Assembly: GCA_963698885.1 (NCBI GenBank) | Contig: CAVOSJ010000002.1 | Coordinates: forward strand, 369,169 to 433,168 | DNA from: Nitrospirota bacterium | GTDB lineage: Bacteria; Nitrospirota; JACRHJ01 | DNA length: 64,000 nt | Reading direction: 5' to 3' | The notes under the pieces: generated by a model | The model's database searches: none | What the model was told of the DNA's origin: nothing | Seen by the model: only the letters and a program-made list of their open reading frames with translations | Program-made: the position numbers and the translations under genes | Shown here: positions 39,906 to 50,429 of the stretch, piece by piece | Layout: every line of letters begins with the position of its first letter | Numbering within the stretch: the first letter of the stretch is position 1

Positions 39906-40889
39906 ATGTTCATGCGTTTCCTGCCTGTCTTATTAATCCTGATGACATTATTTTCCTCGGTTTCGGATGCCTTGGCTGGTTCAGTCCTCGAACGCATTAA
40001 GGCGCGCGGCTTCATCCGTAGCGGCAGCGTAGAGAGGCCAGGGCTTGCGTATGCCAACGGCCACGGACACTGCAGCGGCCTCAATGTTGATATCTGCCGT
40101 GCAATTGCCGCCGCCGTGCTCGGCTCTCCCGATAAAATCGAATATCATCTATATAAGACGCCGAAGGATTTCGACGCCGTGCGCAGCCAACAGGACGACG
40201 TTTACTTTCTTGCAGGCTCAGAAATAGCCGAGCAGAAACTTGCAGGCAAGGTACTGCCCGGTCCCACGGTATTCGTGGAATCCCTTGCTGTCATGGTCCC
40301 GACCACTTCGGGTGCGCAACACCTTGGCGACCTTGCAGGTGACAGCATATGTTTCTTAATCGGCAGTCCGGAAGAGCGGAGTCTTGAGAATTATTTTGAG
40401 TGCCTGAATAAAAACTGGCTGCGCCGACCATTTTCCGAGGAGGGTGAGATGGCTGATGCCTATAACGCGCAGAATGCCCATGCAATCGCCGGTGAGCTCA
40501 CAAACCTCGCATTAATGCGCCTTAAGCCGGGTGTGAAGGGAATGTCGAGCCGTATCCTGCCGGAGCCGCTGGCGGCATTCCCGGTAATGGCCGCGACCGG
40601 GACCGAAGACGCGCAGTGGTCCGCAATAGTCGCGTGGACGGTGCACGCGCTGGTCAGCGCGGAAAGGCCGGAAACCCGGTGGTATGCGGGCGGCGTCCAG
40701 GCGATGCCAATCACTGCAAAGGAATTGGGTCTCGACAGGGATTGGCAGAGCCGGGTCATCGCTGCCGTCGGCAATTACGGAGACATCTTTGACCGCAATA
40801 TAGGAAAGAATTCCCCGCTCAAACTTGATCGCGGCCTTAACGCGAATCAGCTCAATGGTGGATTGTTCCTTAGCCCGTTCATCGAGTGA
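39906..40889 (+). CDS. Amino-acid ABC transporter periplasmic substrate-binding protein (family 3 SBP)
   Basis: Signal peptide and SBP_bac_3-like pattern (general L-amino-acid binding type). Confidence 0.65.
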   Translation: MFMRFLPVLLILMTLFSSVSDALAGSVLERIKARGFIRSGSVERPGLAYANGHGHCSGLNVDICRAIAAAVLGSPDKIEYHLYKTPKDFDAVRSQQDDVYFLAGSEIAEQKLAGKVLPGPTVFVESLAVMVPTTSGAQHLGDLAGDSICFLIGSPEERSLENYFECLNKNWLRRPFSEEGEMADAYNAQNAHAIAGELTNLALMRLKPGVKGMSSRILPEPLAAFPVMAATGTEDAQWSAIVAWTVHALVSAERPETRWYAGGVQAMPITAKELGLDRDWQSRVIAAVGNYGDIFDRNIGKNSPLKLDRGLNANQLNGGLFLSPFIE

Positions 40890-41042
40890 CGAAAAAAGAA
40901 AGGGCTCAGCAATGAATTTAATTAATATGAGGAGAGCTAACTCACTGAAAAGGTTTGGTGCCGGCGGCCGGGATCGCACCGGCACAAGGTTGACCTTACT
41001 GGATTTTGAGTACTAAAAAGTGTTCTAAGTGGTAATTCTAAA

Positions 41043-41095
41043 AGCCCTTGATTTCAAAGGATTTCTCTTTTGATTCAAGGGCTTTTCTTTTTATT
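41043..41095 (+). terminator. Rho-independent terminator
   Basis: aaaaGCCCTTGAtttcaaaggatttctcttttgaTTCAAGGGCttttcttttt. Confidence 0.55.
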
Positions 41096-41423
41096 CCTAT
41101 TGTTGCTACAGGTTGCTACTGATTGTTATTGATTGAAGGCGAGGGTTACAAAAAAGGTTACATGAATCTGAAAGTACGTCTATAGCCAGTGCCGTCACTA
41201 TGCTGCCTTTGAATAAATCAGCGAATCCTCATAACATGGAAAGGCATGGTGGTTTTGACAGCACATAAGTATCTGTTATGCTTTGATAAGTATATTTTGC
41301 AGCGGCGGCCGAAAGGAACCAGATACGAATCACTTGAAGAGTTGGAGTGCACATATCATCGAAGAAAAATTCGACGAGGCCCAGGAAAAACCGGACGCTC
41401 TACAGGTCCGTAAATCGGCACCC

Positions 41424-42899
41424 ATGCTGCGCGGCGGTTTGTCGACGTTGATCAGCTTGACCGTTATCTGCGTTGTTCTGTCCGCATGTTCAGTAGGACC
41501 TGATTATCGTCGCCCCGATCTCCCTGATGTGAAGCACTACACGCCGACCGAACTGCCGGAGACTACCGCTGCTTCCCCTGTAACGGGAGGCGAAGCACAG
41601 CGCTTCGTACTCGGACAGGAAATCCAAGCAGAGTGGTGGAATCTGTTCCATTCCGAAGCACTGGACGGTTTGATTCATCTGGCCCTGACGAAGAACCCTA
41701 CCCTTGAGGCTGCGAAGGCAAGGCTGAGAGAAGCGCAAGAGAATTGGCGAGCCGAAGCCGGATCGCTCTACCCGAGTGTTGACGCGAACGCATCGGCAGG
41801 GCGTCAAAAAATATCAGGTGCCTCGTTCGGTCAGCCCGGCGGCAGCTTCAGTCCCTTCAACCTTTTCAACGCCTCGGTAAATGTTACGTATTCGCTCGAT
41901 ATTTTCGGAGGCACGCGGCGGGAGTTGGAGGCCCTTCAGGCTCAGGTAGACTACGAGAGATTCCAGGTGGAGGCCGCCTATCTCTCGCTTACTGCCAATA
42001 TCGTCACTACCGCGGAGAAGGAGGCGTCGCTACGCGCGCAGATAAAGACGACTCAGGAGATAATGGCCATCCAGGAGAAAGAGCTTGAGCTTGTAAAAAA
42101 ACAGCATGAACTCGGAAGCGCGTCGCTTTCCGACGTGTACGCGCAGTACTCGCAACTCGCTCGCACAAAGACGACGCTCCCGCCTCTCGAAAAGGAGCTC
42201 GCATTCACACGCCACCAGTTGGCCGTGCTCGCGGGGCTGTTCCCCGAGAAGGCCGGCATGCTGCCCGAGTTCGACCTGGACTCCCAGCAGCTGCCGCGCG
42301 AGCTTCCCGTCAGCCTGCCTTCCACGCTGGCGCGGAACCGTCCGGACATCGCGGCGTCGGAGGCGCTCCTGCACGCGGCAAGCGCAAAGGTCGGCGTCGC
42401 GACGGCAGACCTCTACCCGAAGGTAACACTGACCGGGAGCTACGGGACGGAATCGGTGAAGCTGGAAAACCTTTTTTCTCCCGGGGCGGTGGTCTGGAGT
42501 ATCGGCGCGGGGCTTCTCCAGCCCGTGTTCCGGGGCGGCGAGCTCAGGGCAAAGAAGCGCTCAGCCGTGGCCGCGTATGACCAGGCGGAGGCGAACTACC
42601 GCGAGACCGTCTTCCAGTCGTTCAGGGAAGTGGCGGACGCACTCCGCGCGCTGGAGGACGACGCGCGCGCTCTCAAGGCGCAGTCGGAGGCAGAGACGGG
42701 GGCAAGACTGCTCCTCGACCTTACGCAAAGGCAGTTTAAGCTTGGCGCGGCAAACTACCTCTCGCTTTTGAACGCCCAGAGGGATTACCAGCTGGCGCGG
42801 ATGGGCCTCGTGCAGGCCGAGGCCGCGCGCTTCGCCGATACGGCCGCTCTTTTTCAGGCCATGGGCGGCGGGTGGCAGAAAGGAGCCGATCAGCCGTGA
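41424..42899 (+). CDS. RND efflux outer-membrane factor lipoprotein (NodT/OprM family)
   Basis: Start trimmed to MLRGGLSTLISLTVICVVLSACSVGPDYRRP (lipobox plus OMF N-terminal motif). Two coiled-coil/beta-barrel repeats. Confidence 0.85.
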   Translation: MLRGGLSTLISLTVICVVLSACSVGPDYRRPDLPDVKHYTPTELPETTAASPVTGGEAQRFVLGQEIQAEWWNLFHSEALDGLIHLALTKNPTLEAAKARLREAQENWRAEAGSLYPSVDANASAGRQKISGASFGQPGGSFSPFNLFNASVNVTYSLDIFGGTRRELEALQAQVDYERFQVEAAYLSLTANIVTTAEKEASLRAQIKTTQEIMAIQEKELELVKKQHELGSASLSDVYAQYSQLARTKTTLPPLEKELAFTRHQLAVLAGLFPEKAGMLPEFDLDSQQLPRELPVSLPSTLARNRPDIAASEALLHAASAKVGVATADLYPKVTLTGSYGTESVKLENLFSPGAVVWSIGAGLLQPVFRGGELRAKKRSAVAAYDQAEANYRETVFQSFREVADALRALEDDARALKAQSEAETGARLLLDLTQRQFKLGAANYLSLLNAQRDYQLARMGLVQAEAARFADTAALFQAMGGGWQKGADQP

Positions 42900-44011
42900 A
42901 GAAACGCATTATGTTCGCCATCCTGGGCCTGGCTGTCATCATCGCCGCGCTGGCGGTCATCAAGGCCTTGCAGATCCGGGCGATGGTCGAGCATGGCAAG
43001 CATTTCGTTCCTCCGCCCGAGACGGTAACAACGGCCAAGGCCAAGCCCGAATCTTGGGAGACGGCCCTGACAGCGGTCGGAACGTTGACCGCCGTCCAGG
43101 GGGTTAACGTTGCTGCGGAGCTGGCAGGGAAGGTCGTGGACATCGCCTTTAAGCCTGGATCGAGAGTGAAGAAGGGGGGCCTGTTGATTCGCCAGGACAC
43201 GAGTTCGGAAGAGGCTCAGCTCCCAGGCGCCGTGGCCCAGGTGAACCTTACGAAGACCGTTCTCGAACGCGACGGAAAGCTGCTGGCGGAGCAGATCATT
43301 TCTCAGGCCGACTACGACGCCGCTGTCGCCAGCCACAAGCAGGCTATTGCGCAGGCCGATTCTATACGCGCCACCATCGGCAAGAAGACAATCCGCGCCC
43401 CTTTCAGCGGCCGCATCGGCATCCGGCAGGTAAACCTCGGACAGACCCTGCGCGAAGGAGACCAGATCGTCACGCTGCAATCCCTCGATCCTATATATGT
43501 CAACTTCGCCCTTCCCCAGCAGCAGATTGCCAAATTGCGCCTTGGCCTGCCGACCCGGGTGACGTGCGATGCCCTGCCCGGGCTGGCGATTGAGGGACAA
43601 ATCACGTCCATAAATCCGCTGGTGGACGCCGACACTCGCAACATCCAGTTGCAGGCGACCGTGGCAAACCCGGCGGAGAAGCTCCTGCCCGGGATGTTCG
43701 TCAACGCGGCGGTCGGACTCCCGGTCCGGCAAGAGGTGCTTGTCATTCCTGCCACCTCCGTGCTTTACGCCCCCTACGGCGATTCAGTCTTCGTCGTCGA
43801 TGACGACAGGAAGGGAGGGAAGATGCTGCGGCAGCAGTTCGTGCGTCTGGGCGAGAATCGCGGCGACTTCATTGTCGTCGCCCACGGGCTGAAGGATGGG
43901 GAGAACGTTGTCAGCTCCGGCGTCTTCAAACTTCGAAACGGCCAGGCGGTGGTGGTCGATAACCGGCTCGTCCCGCAGTTCAAACAAAGCCCCAGACCCG
44001 AAAACAACTGA
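42896..44011 (+). CDS. RND efflux periplasmic adaptor (membrane fusion protein, AcrA-like)
   Basis: GTG start overlapping the OMF stop (gTGA); an ATG at 42872 is also possible. Biotinyl/lipoyl-like, beta-barrel and MP domains. Confidence 0.8.
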   Translation: MKKRIMFAILGLAVIIAALAVIKALQIRAMVEHGKHFVPPPETVTTAKAKPESWETALTAVGTLTAVQGVNVAAELAGKVVDIAFKPGSRVKKGGLLIRQDTSSEEAQLPGAVAQVNLTKTVLERDGKLLAEQIISQADYDAAVASHKQAIAQADSIRATIGKKTIRAPFSGRIGIRQVNLGQTLREGDQIVTLQSLDPIYVNFALPQQQIAKLRLGLPTRVTCDALPGLAIEGQITSINPLVDADTRNIQLQATVANPAEKLLPGMFVNAAVGLPVRQEVLVIPATSVLYAPYGDSVFVVDDDRKGGKMLRQQFVRLGENRGDFIVVAHGLKDGENVVSSGVFKLRNGQAVVVDNRLVPQFKQSPRPENN

Positions 44012-44014
44012 CCT

Positions 44015-47000
44015 ATGAAAATAACCGACCTGTTCATCCGCCGTCCCGTTCTGGCCCTCGTGGTCAACCTTCTTATCATCATCGGAGGTCTGCAAGCGAT
44101 CAGGACTATTAACGTCCGCCAGTACCCGCGCAGCGAAAACGCAGCGGTAACCGTCACGACCGTTTATACAGGTGCAAGCGCGGAGCTGGTGCGTGGATTC
44201 ATCACATCACCGCTTGAGCGAGCCATCGCCGCCGCCGACGGCATCGAGTACATGGAATCGCAGAGCACGCTCGGCCTCTCTACCATCAATGTGCGCCTCA
44301 GGCTCAACTATGATTCCACCAAGGCCCTGGCTGAAATCAGTTCCAAGGTAGATCAGGTGCGCCGCGACCTCCCCCCGGAAGCGGAGGTTCCGATCATCAA
44401 TATCGAATCAGCTGAAAGCCGGTTCGCCTCGGCCTATTTGAGCTTCAGTTCTGACCTGTTACAGCAGAACGAGATCACCGACTATTTGGTGCGCATCGTC
44501 CAGCCCCGCCTTTCCGCCATACCGGGTGTGCAGCGGGCCGACATTCTGGGTGCCCGCACTTTCGCTATGCGCGTCTGGCTCAAGCCCGACAGGATGGCGG
44601 CGCTCGACATCAGCCCGGCCCAGGTGCGCCAAGCCTTGGCCGCAAACAACTTCCTTGCCGCCCTTGGTAGAAGCAAGGGTGCGTTCATCCAAGTCAACCT
44701 CACCGCCGACACCGACCTCCACACAGTAGAAGAATTCAGACGCCTGGTGGTGCGCGAACGGAATGGGACAATCACCAGACTTGGCGACATAGCTGACGTG
44801 GTGTTAGGTGCCGAGGATTACGACGCCGAGGTACGTTTCTCCGGCCAGACCGCGGTCTTCATGGGGATCTGGCCGCTCCCCAACGCAAACTCCGTCGACG
44901 TCATCAAGAGGGTGAAGACGGAGATGGCCTCTATCCAGCGGGACCTGCCGGCAGGTCTCAAGGCCCGGGTAGCCTATGACGCCACAGACTACATTACGAC
45001 CGCCATCCGCGAGGTTCTCAAAACCCTCGGCGACACGCTGATAATCGTCATCATCGTCATATTCCTGTTCCTCGGTTCCTACCGTTCGGTCCTGATACCG
45101 GTGGTGGCGATCCCCTTGTCGCTAATCGGAGGCGTATTCCTGATGCAGGCCTTCGGTTTTACCCTGAACCTGCTTACCCTGTTGGCCATCGTCTTGTCGG
45201 TCGGACTGGTGGTCGACGACGCCATTGTGGTCGTGGAGAACGTGGAACGCCATATACGCGGAGGGCAAACGCCCTTAGAGGCGGCTCTGTCAGGCGCGAG
45301 GGAACTGGTCGGGCCTATCATTGCCATGACTGTCACCTTGGCGGCGGTCTACCTTCCCATCGGCCTGCAAGGAGGATTGACCGGCGCACTCTTCCGCGAG
45401 TTTGCCTTCACCTTAGCTGGAACGGTCGCCATTTCTGGAATCGTCGCACTGACACTTTCACCGGTCATGTCGGCCAGGCTGCTCAAGCCCGGCATCGAGG
45501 GGCGCGGCCTGGCCGGCCGCATCGCCCGTGACTTCGACCGCCTTAAAAACGGCTATGGCCGTCTTCTCGACTTCACCCTGGCGGCGCGTCCGGCGGTCTA
45601 CGCGGTCTGGATCGTGGCGTCCCTCGCAGCCGTGCCGATGTTCCTCATGTCCGCCAAGGAGCTGGCGCCGATGGAGGACCAGGGTGTTATCTTCGGCATT
45701 CTTGATGCTTCTGCCAACTCCACCCTCGACCAGAATAGCATCTTCGCCGCAGAGGTCAACCGGGTCTTTCAGAGTGTGCCGGAAACCGATTTCACGTTCC
45801 AGCTCACGTATCCCAACTCAGGTTTCGGCGGCATGGTCGTCAAACCGTGGGACAAACGCAAGCGCAACATCCTCCAGATCCTGCCCGAAGTCCAACAGAA
45901 GCTGCAGAAGATTCCCGGCATCCGGATCTTCCCGGTAACTCCGCCGGCCCTCCCTGGCGGCGGCGATTACCCGGTCGAATTCATCCTGGCATCTACGGCC
46001 GAATCAGGGCAGATACTGGAATTCGCCAACCAGTTACAGATGAAGGCTATGCAGAGCCACATGTTCGCCTTTCCCCCGGTTATCGATGTTAAGATAGACC
46101 AGCCCCAGTCCGAATATGTCATCGACCGCGACAAAGTGGCCTCGATGGGTCTCAACTTAGGGCAGGTCGGCGGCGACCTGAGCGCGCTAGTCGGAGGCGA
46201 CTACGTGAACCGTTTCGACATCTCGGGCCGCAGCTATAAGGTCATCCCGCAGATCCAGAGAGTTGGTCGCCTCAACCCCGAGCAGCTTAAGGACGTCTAT
46301 GTTTCAGGTCCGGGCGGCAACCTGGTCCCGCTCAGCACCGTGGCTACCCTGCGCGAATCGGTTGTCCCCCGGTCACTCAACCGGTTCCAGCAGCTGAACG
46401 CGGTCAAGATCAGCGGAGTGGCAGTCCGGCCGCTGGATGAGGTGTTGCGCTACATGGAAGACGAGTCGGCCAAGATTCTGCCCAAGGGCTATGTCATCGA
46501 CTATACCGGCGAGTCCCGTCAGCTGCGCACCGAGGGGCAAAAGTTTCTGCCTGCCTTCGCCCTGGCCATTGTCCTGATCTTCCTGGTGCTGGCGGCACAG
46601 TTCAATAGCTTCCGCGACCCGTTAGTCATTCTGGCAGGTTCGGTGCCGTTGGCCATGTTCGGCGCACTCATCTTCACCTTCCTGAAGATGCCCGACCCGA
46701 ACGTACATTTCTTCACCCATGGCTGGACCACGACACTCAACATCTACTCGCAGGTGGGGTTGGTGACCCTCGTAGGACTGGTGTCCAAAAATGGTATCTT
46801 GATCGTCGAATTTGCAAACAAGTTGCAGATTCAGGGTCTGTCGAAGATGGAGGCCGTGCGTCAGGCGGCCATGATTCGCCTGCGTCCGATCCTGATGGTC
46901 AGCGCCGCCACAATCGGTGGCCACTTCCCGCTGACGCTGGTCACCGGCGCCGGCGCCGCAGCCCGTAACTCGATTGGTCTGGTGCTGGTAGGCGGCATGT

Positions 47001-47128
47001 TCATCGGCACCTTATTTACCCTTTTTGTTATTCCGTCTATCTATATGCTTATCGCCCGCGATCACGGAAGAGACCGGGAGCAGGAGGCGAAGATTCAAAT
47101 AAAGGAGGAGTCGGGTACAAGCGGTTAG
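44015..47128 (+). CDS. RND multidrug efflux permease (HAE1, AcrB/MexB-like)
   Basis: 1037 aa, 12 TM helices, two large periplasmic loops, conserved AcrB blocks. Confidence 0.9.
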   Translation: MKITDLFIRRPVLALVVNLLIIIGGLQAIRTINVRQYPRSENAAVTVTTVYTGASAELVRGFITSPLERAIAAADGIEYMESQSTLGLSTINVRLRLNYDSTKALAEISSKVDQVRRDLPPEAEVPIINIESAESRFASAYLSFSSDLLQQNEITDYLVRIVQPRLSAIPGVQRADILGARTFAMRVWLKPDRMAALDISPAQVRQALAANNFLAALGRSKGAFIQVNLTADTDLHTVEEFRRLVVRERNGTITRLGDIADVVLGAEDYDAEVRFSGQTAVFMGIWPLPNANSVDVIKRVKTEMASIQRDLPAGLKARVAYDATDYITTAIREVLKTLGDTLIIVIIVIFLFLGSYRSVLIPVVAIPLSLIGGVFLMQAFGFTLNLLTLLAIVLSVGLVVDDAIVVVENVERHIRGGQTPLEAALSGARELVGPIIAMTVTLAAVYLPIGLQGGLTGALFREFAFTLAGTVAISGIVALTLSPVMSARLLKPGIEGRGLAGRIARDFDRLKNGYGRLLDFTLAARPAVYAVWIVASLAAVPMFLMSAKELAPMEDQGVIFGILDASANSTLDQNSIFAAEVNRVFQSVPETDFTFQLTYPNSGFGGMVVKPWDKRKRNILQILPEVQQKLQKIPGIRIFPVTPPALPGGGDYPVEFILASTAESGQILEFANQLQMKAMQSHMFAFPPVIDVKIDQPQSEYVIDRDKVASMGLNLGQVGGDLSALVGGDYVNRFDISGRSYKVIPQIQRVGRLNPEQLKDVYVSGPGGNLVPLSTVATLRESVVPRSLNRFQQLNAVKISGVAVRPLDEVLRYMEDESAKILPKGYVIDYTGESRQLRTEGQKFLPAFALAIVLIFLVLAAQFNSFRDPLVILAGSVPLAMFGALIFTFLKMPDPNVHFFTHGWTTTLNIYSQVGLVTLVGLVSKNGILIVEFANKLQIQGLSKMEAVRQAAMIRLRPILMVSAATIGGHFPLTLVTGAGAAARNSIGLVLVGGMFIGTLFTLFVIPSIYMLIARDHGRDREQEAKIQIKEESGTSG

Positions 47129-47398
47129 ACGCGGCCGTTTAGTCGGGTACCTAAAAATAGGCGAGAACATACATCATGAGCCACTGCAGGCAGTGCAGAG
47201 CTGACGCCTGCGGGACACTGGGACAGGACGGGGACATGGAGACCGAAGCCTTGATGGCGAGGATTGGGGCAGAGTACAAAGATGCGGTTTGTTAAGTATT
47301 TTTCAACGTCCGACGAGGGCCGCAAGGCCAGCCCTTGAATAATGAAATAAAAGGAGAAATTCGGAAAAGAGGTAAAGTTATCGTGCGCCGCTACATCC

Positions 47399-48262
47399 TC
47401 ACTTGTCCTTTATAGCCAGTGCCTGTTTGGCGACCGTCGAGACTTCTCCTATAGGCAGGATCACGGGCATCATGCCGAGCGCGTTCATTCCGCCGGATAA
47501 AAGTGAAACCATTCCGAACGACTTATCGTTAGTTTTCGTAAACCTAAGTAGAGAAAGGCCGACAACCTTCCCATCAAGGGAGAAAACAGGCGCCCCGAGC
47601 CCCGTTGCCAAAGTGCCGCTGTCGGCGACATAATACTTCCTCGGTATGGCGATTACGGCCTCAATGCGGCGCAGGGAAACGGTAGAGCTACGGCCGGCGG
47701 TCTTGTCAAGGCGACCCAGGACACATATTGTGTCAAGCACATCGGCCTTGCCGCTTCCCGAAATGTCGAGGGCGGCGATCGGATGGCTCAATGTTTCCGT
47801 CGGCCTTACAAATGCCAAGTCCAGGTCTGCGTCCCGTAGCACGATCTTGGCCGGTATTTCCCGTCCGTCTGGCAGGACCATCGTTATACTGGCGATACTG
47901 CTGTCTATATCCATCTGTGGGCCTTCCTTGGATGCCTTCAGTTTCTTTAAGAGCCCGCCGAATATCCTGGAGGGGTCTATGGAGGAGAAGGATAGTACGG
48001 ATAGCCCGGAGGGGTCTATAACGGTCGCCAGCGTTTCAACCTCGCTTTCCTCCTTTGACTGTTCGCTACCTCCTACTATAAAGCGCAACTTAATCGTTGC
48101 CTTTAACGCAATGACTGTGTCCGCATATTTACCAACAATAGCTTTTGCCGCCTCTTTTTCTTCAACTGCCTGCGCCGAGTGGGCTGTCAGGAACAAGGAA
48201 AATATGAAAATGAAGCAGACGGCCCGGACGGTGAAACAACCCCTGGCACTGGTATTATACAT
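47399..48262 (-). CDS. Secreted HtrA-like protease-domain homolog, predicted catalytically inactive
   Basis: Signal peptide. Trypsin-like fold. The catalytic Ser position GNSGGPL reads GLGAPVF, and there is no His in the TNxHV-equivalent block. Confidence 0.5.
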   Translation of the reverse strand: MYNTSARGCFTVRAVCFIFIFSLFLTAHSAQAVEEKEAAKAIVGKYADTVIALKATIKLRFIVGGSEQSKEESEVETLATVIDPSGLSVLSFSSIDPSRIFGGLLKKLKASKEGPQMDIDSSIASITMVLPDGREIPAKIVLRDADLDLAFVRPTETLSHPIAALDISGSGKADVLDTICVLGRLDKTAGRSSTVSLRRIEAVIAIPRKYYVADSGTLATGLGAPVFSLDGKVVGLSLLRFTKTNDKSFGMVSLLSGGMNALGMMPVILPIGEVSTVAKQALAIKDK

Positions 48263-48292
48263 TCCCGCTTCCTCCTTTTATTTTCAACAGGA

Positions 48293-50368
48293 TTACTCTG
48301 CGTCCGGCCACGCCGGTTCCATTTCGACAAACTGGGTATGGATGCCTCTCAGGATCTCGAACGAAGTGCTCTTAGGTTTACCGGCTGAAACTCGCTTCAT
48401 CTCTTTTTCAAATGAGACGGTGTCGGCAACAGGCCTGCCGTCTACGGCAAGGATAAGGTCGCCTATGGACAACCTGGCAAGCGAAGCCCAGCCCCCCTCG
48501 ATTACCGATTCGACCAGCACGCCTCCACTGTTGTTCTCCTGTATATCATCCAGGAAAGAGATGTCTCGTGCCGTGAATTCAAAGTTGTTGTCGGTATACC
48601 GCTTCATGTCCTTTGCCGACTTGGGAGATTGGACCAGGTGCGTTTCGACCGTTAACTTTTCTCTTCCTCTCAATATCTTGAGTTTGACCTTCGAACCGAT
48701 ACTGTATTGATGCAGCATTTCCTCCAGTACCTCCCCATCCTCCGCCGAGGACGGGCTTACGGACTCTTCGTTTACCGCGGTAATAATATCACCCACCAGC
48801 AGGCCGGTTTTTTCGGCAGTGCCCGAATAGACCCGGGTTATCCGCATACCCTGGACTTTGGGGTCGCCCAGACTCGTCGCGATATCTTTCGTCACTACCT
48901 GGGTTTCGATTGGAAGCCAGGACTTGCACGCGTCTACTCCCTGTTCTTCCGCAGCCTCCTTCTTCTTGAGATTTACAATAGTCAGGTAACGTCCTTTCTC
49001 CCTGTCGAAGGTTGCCAGGACCGGAACGGCCCCCACTTTGTTTCTCATAATCTCACGAGTCAGTTTTATGAGGGATTCGACGTTTCTGACGTCGGTATTG
49101 TTAACCCTGACGACCACGTCGCCCGCGGCAACCTTGGGTTCCGCCTCCCTGCATGAGCCACCCGGCCGGACACTAGTCACCAGTACACCATCCCGGCTCT
49201 CCCGTTCCATTTCTTTCGAGTCCATGTATGACAGGTTGCGGGCGGTCATCCCCCATTGAGACAGTTCGACACTCCTCGGCATGGTGTATTCTCTTTCCCG
49301 GGTGACCACGTGCAAGAGGAGTTCTTTCTCGCCACGTTGCACAACGGCCTCCACCGTCTCGCCTACGGGGATGTCCATTATGGTCTGGTTTAGGATAGGC
49401 ACTTCTTCCGGAAAGCGGGCGGTGACCTCCTTGCCGGCTATCGAGACCAGGATATCGCCCGGCAAAAAGCCCGCTTTTTCAGCCGGAGAGTCTTTCATAA
49501 CCCCGCTGATAAGGGCCCCTCTCTTCTGGTCCATATGCTTGAGGAGAGGCTGTATATCGAGACCGAGCCAGCTCCGGCTTACTTTCCCGGACCGTATAAG
49601 TTGATCAGCGACCTTTTTCGCCAGGTTGCCCGGTATGGCCCCGCTTATCCCGATGCTTATCTCATTAATCCCGACTATCTCTCCTCTCAGGTTGACGAGC
49701 GGCCCGCCGGAGTTCCCGCCGAAAATCTGCGCGTCGTGTCCTATCCAGCGCACTATGGAGCCGACGTCCTCGCCATCTAATATAAAACGGCTCCCCGTTG
49801 AGAAGTCCGGCATGACAACCTCGGCGTTGCTGACGATACCCATGGTCACGGACTGGGAAAGGGCAAAGGGGCTACCCATGGCCAGAACCCGGTCTCCCAC
49901 CCGGAGCATGGAAGAGTCACCGAATATCACGGCCGGGAACACCCTTTTATTATCGTTCCGCAATTTAATGACGGCTATGTCCGCAAGAGGATCGGTGCCA
50001 ATCAAGTCCGCAGCTATCTCGTCCTTATCCGATAATGTGCAGACTATCCGTCTGGCCTGCCCGGCAACATGATGGTTCGTAATCACGTAGCCGTCACTCG
50101 TAATGATGACGCCGCTGCCAAGGGTCCTGTACTTCACTTCGCGGCCGTTCTCGTATTTTACCGCCACGACCAATATCCGAACCAGCGAAGGTTTTACCCT
50201 CTGTATCGCGTCTCCAATCGCTTTTATCAGGACGCCAGGAGGGTTTTCTACATCAGGCGGCGAGAGGGTTCCCGATCCTTCGCTGTAGGCAAAAGAAGCG
50301 GCAAACAATGAAACGATGACGGTGCTTAAGCAGAAGATATATCTTATGAAGCGCCTGTTACTCGACAT
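48293..50368 (-). CDS. Periplasmic serine endoprotease of the DegP/HtrA family with extended multi-PDZ C-terminus
   Basis: Catalytic His in VITNHHVAG, Asp in DIAVIKL, Ser in GGNSGGPLVN. 691 aa, which implies 3-4 PDZ domains. Confidence 0.85.
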   Translation of the reverse strand: MSSNRRFIRYIFCLSTVIVSLFAASFAYSEGSGTLSPPDVENPPGVLIKAIGDAIQRVKPSLVRILVVAVKYENGREVKYRTLGSGVIITSDGYVITNHHVAGQARRIVCTLSDKDEIAADLIGTDPLADIAVIKLRNDNKRVFPAVIFGDSSMLRVGDRVLAMGSPFALSQSVTMGIVSNAEVVMPDFSTGSRFILDGEDVGSIVRWIGHDAQIFGGNSGGPLVNLRGEIVGINEISIGISGAIPGNLAKKVADQLIRSGKVSRSWLGLDIQPLLKHMDQKRGALISGVMKDSPAEKAGFLPGDILVSIAGKEVTARFPEEVPILNQTIMDIPVGETVEAVVQRGEKELLLHVVTREREYTMPRSVELSQWGMTARNLSYMDSKEMERESRDGVLVTSVRPGGSCREAEPKVAAGDVVVRVNNTDVRNVESLIKLTREIMRNKVGAVPVLATFDREKGRYLTIVNLKKKEAAEEQGVDACKSWLPIETQVVTKDIATSLGDPKVQGMRITRVYSGTAEKTGLLVGDIITAVNEESVSPSSAEDGEVLEEMLHQYSIGSKVKLKILRGREKLTVETHLVQSPKSAKDMKRYTDNNFEFTARDISFLDDIQENNSGGVLVESVIEGGWASLARLSIGDLILAVDGRPVADTVSFEKEMKRVSAGKPKSTSFEILRGIHTQFVEMEPAWPDAE

Positions 50369-50429
50369 AATTGTATAGTCCTTTTAAAACGCGCTGCTAA
50401 AGTTAATATCCGGTTCTTTCAACGTCTAT

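Noticed and set aside
47176-47295. 39-codon Cys-rich plus-strand ORF (MSHCRQCRADACGTLGQDGDMETEALMARIGAEYKDAVC) between the RND pump and the HtrA homolog
   Set aside because: Weak RBS and no recognisable family. Kept as unannotated pending conservation data.
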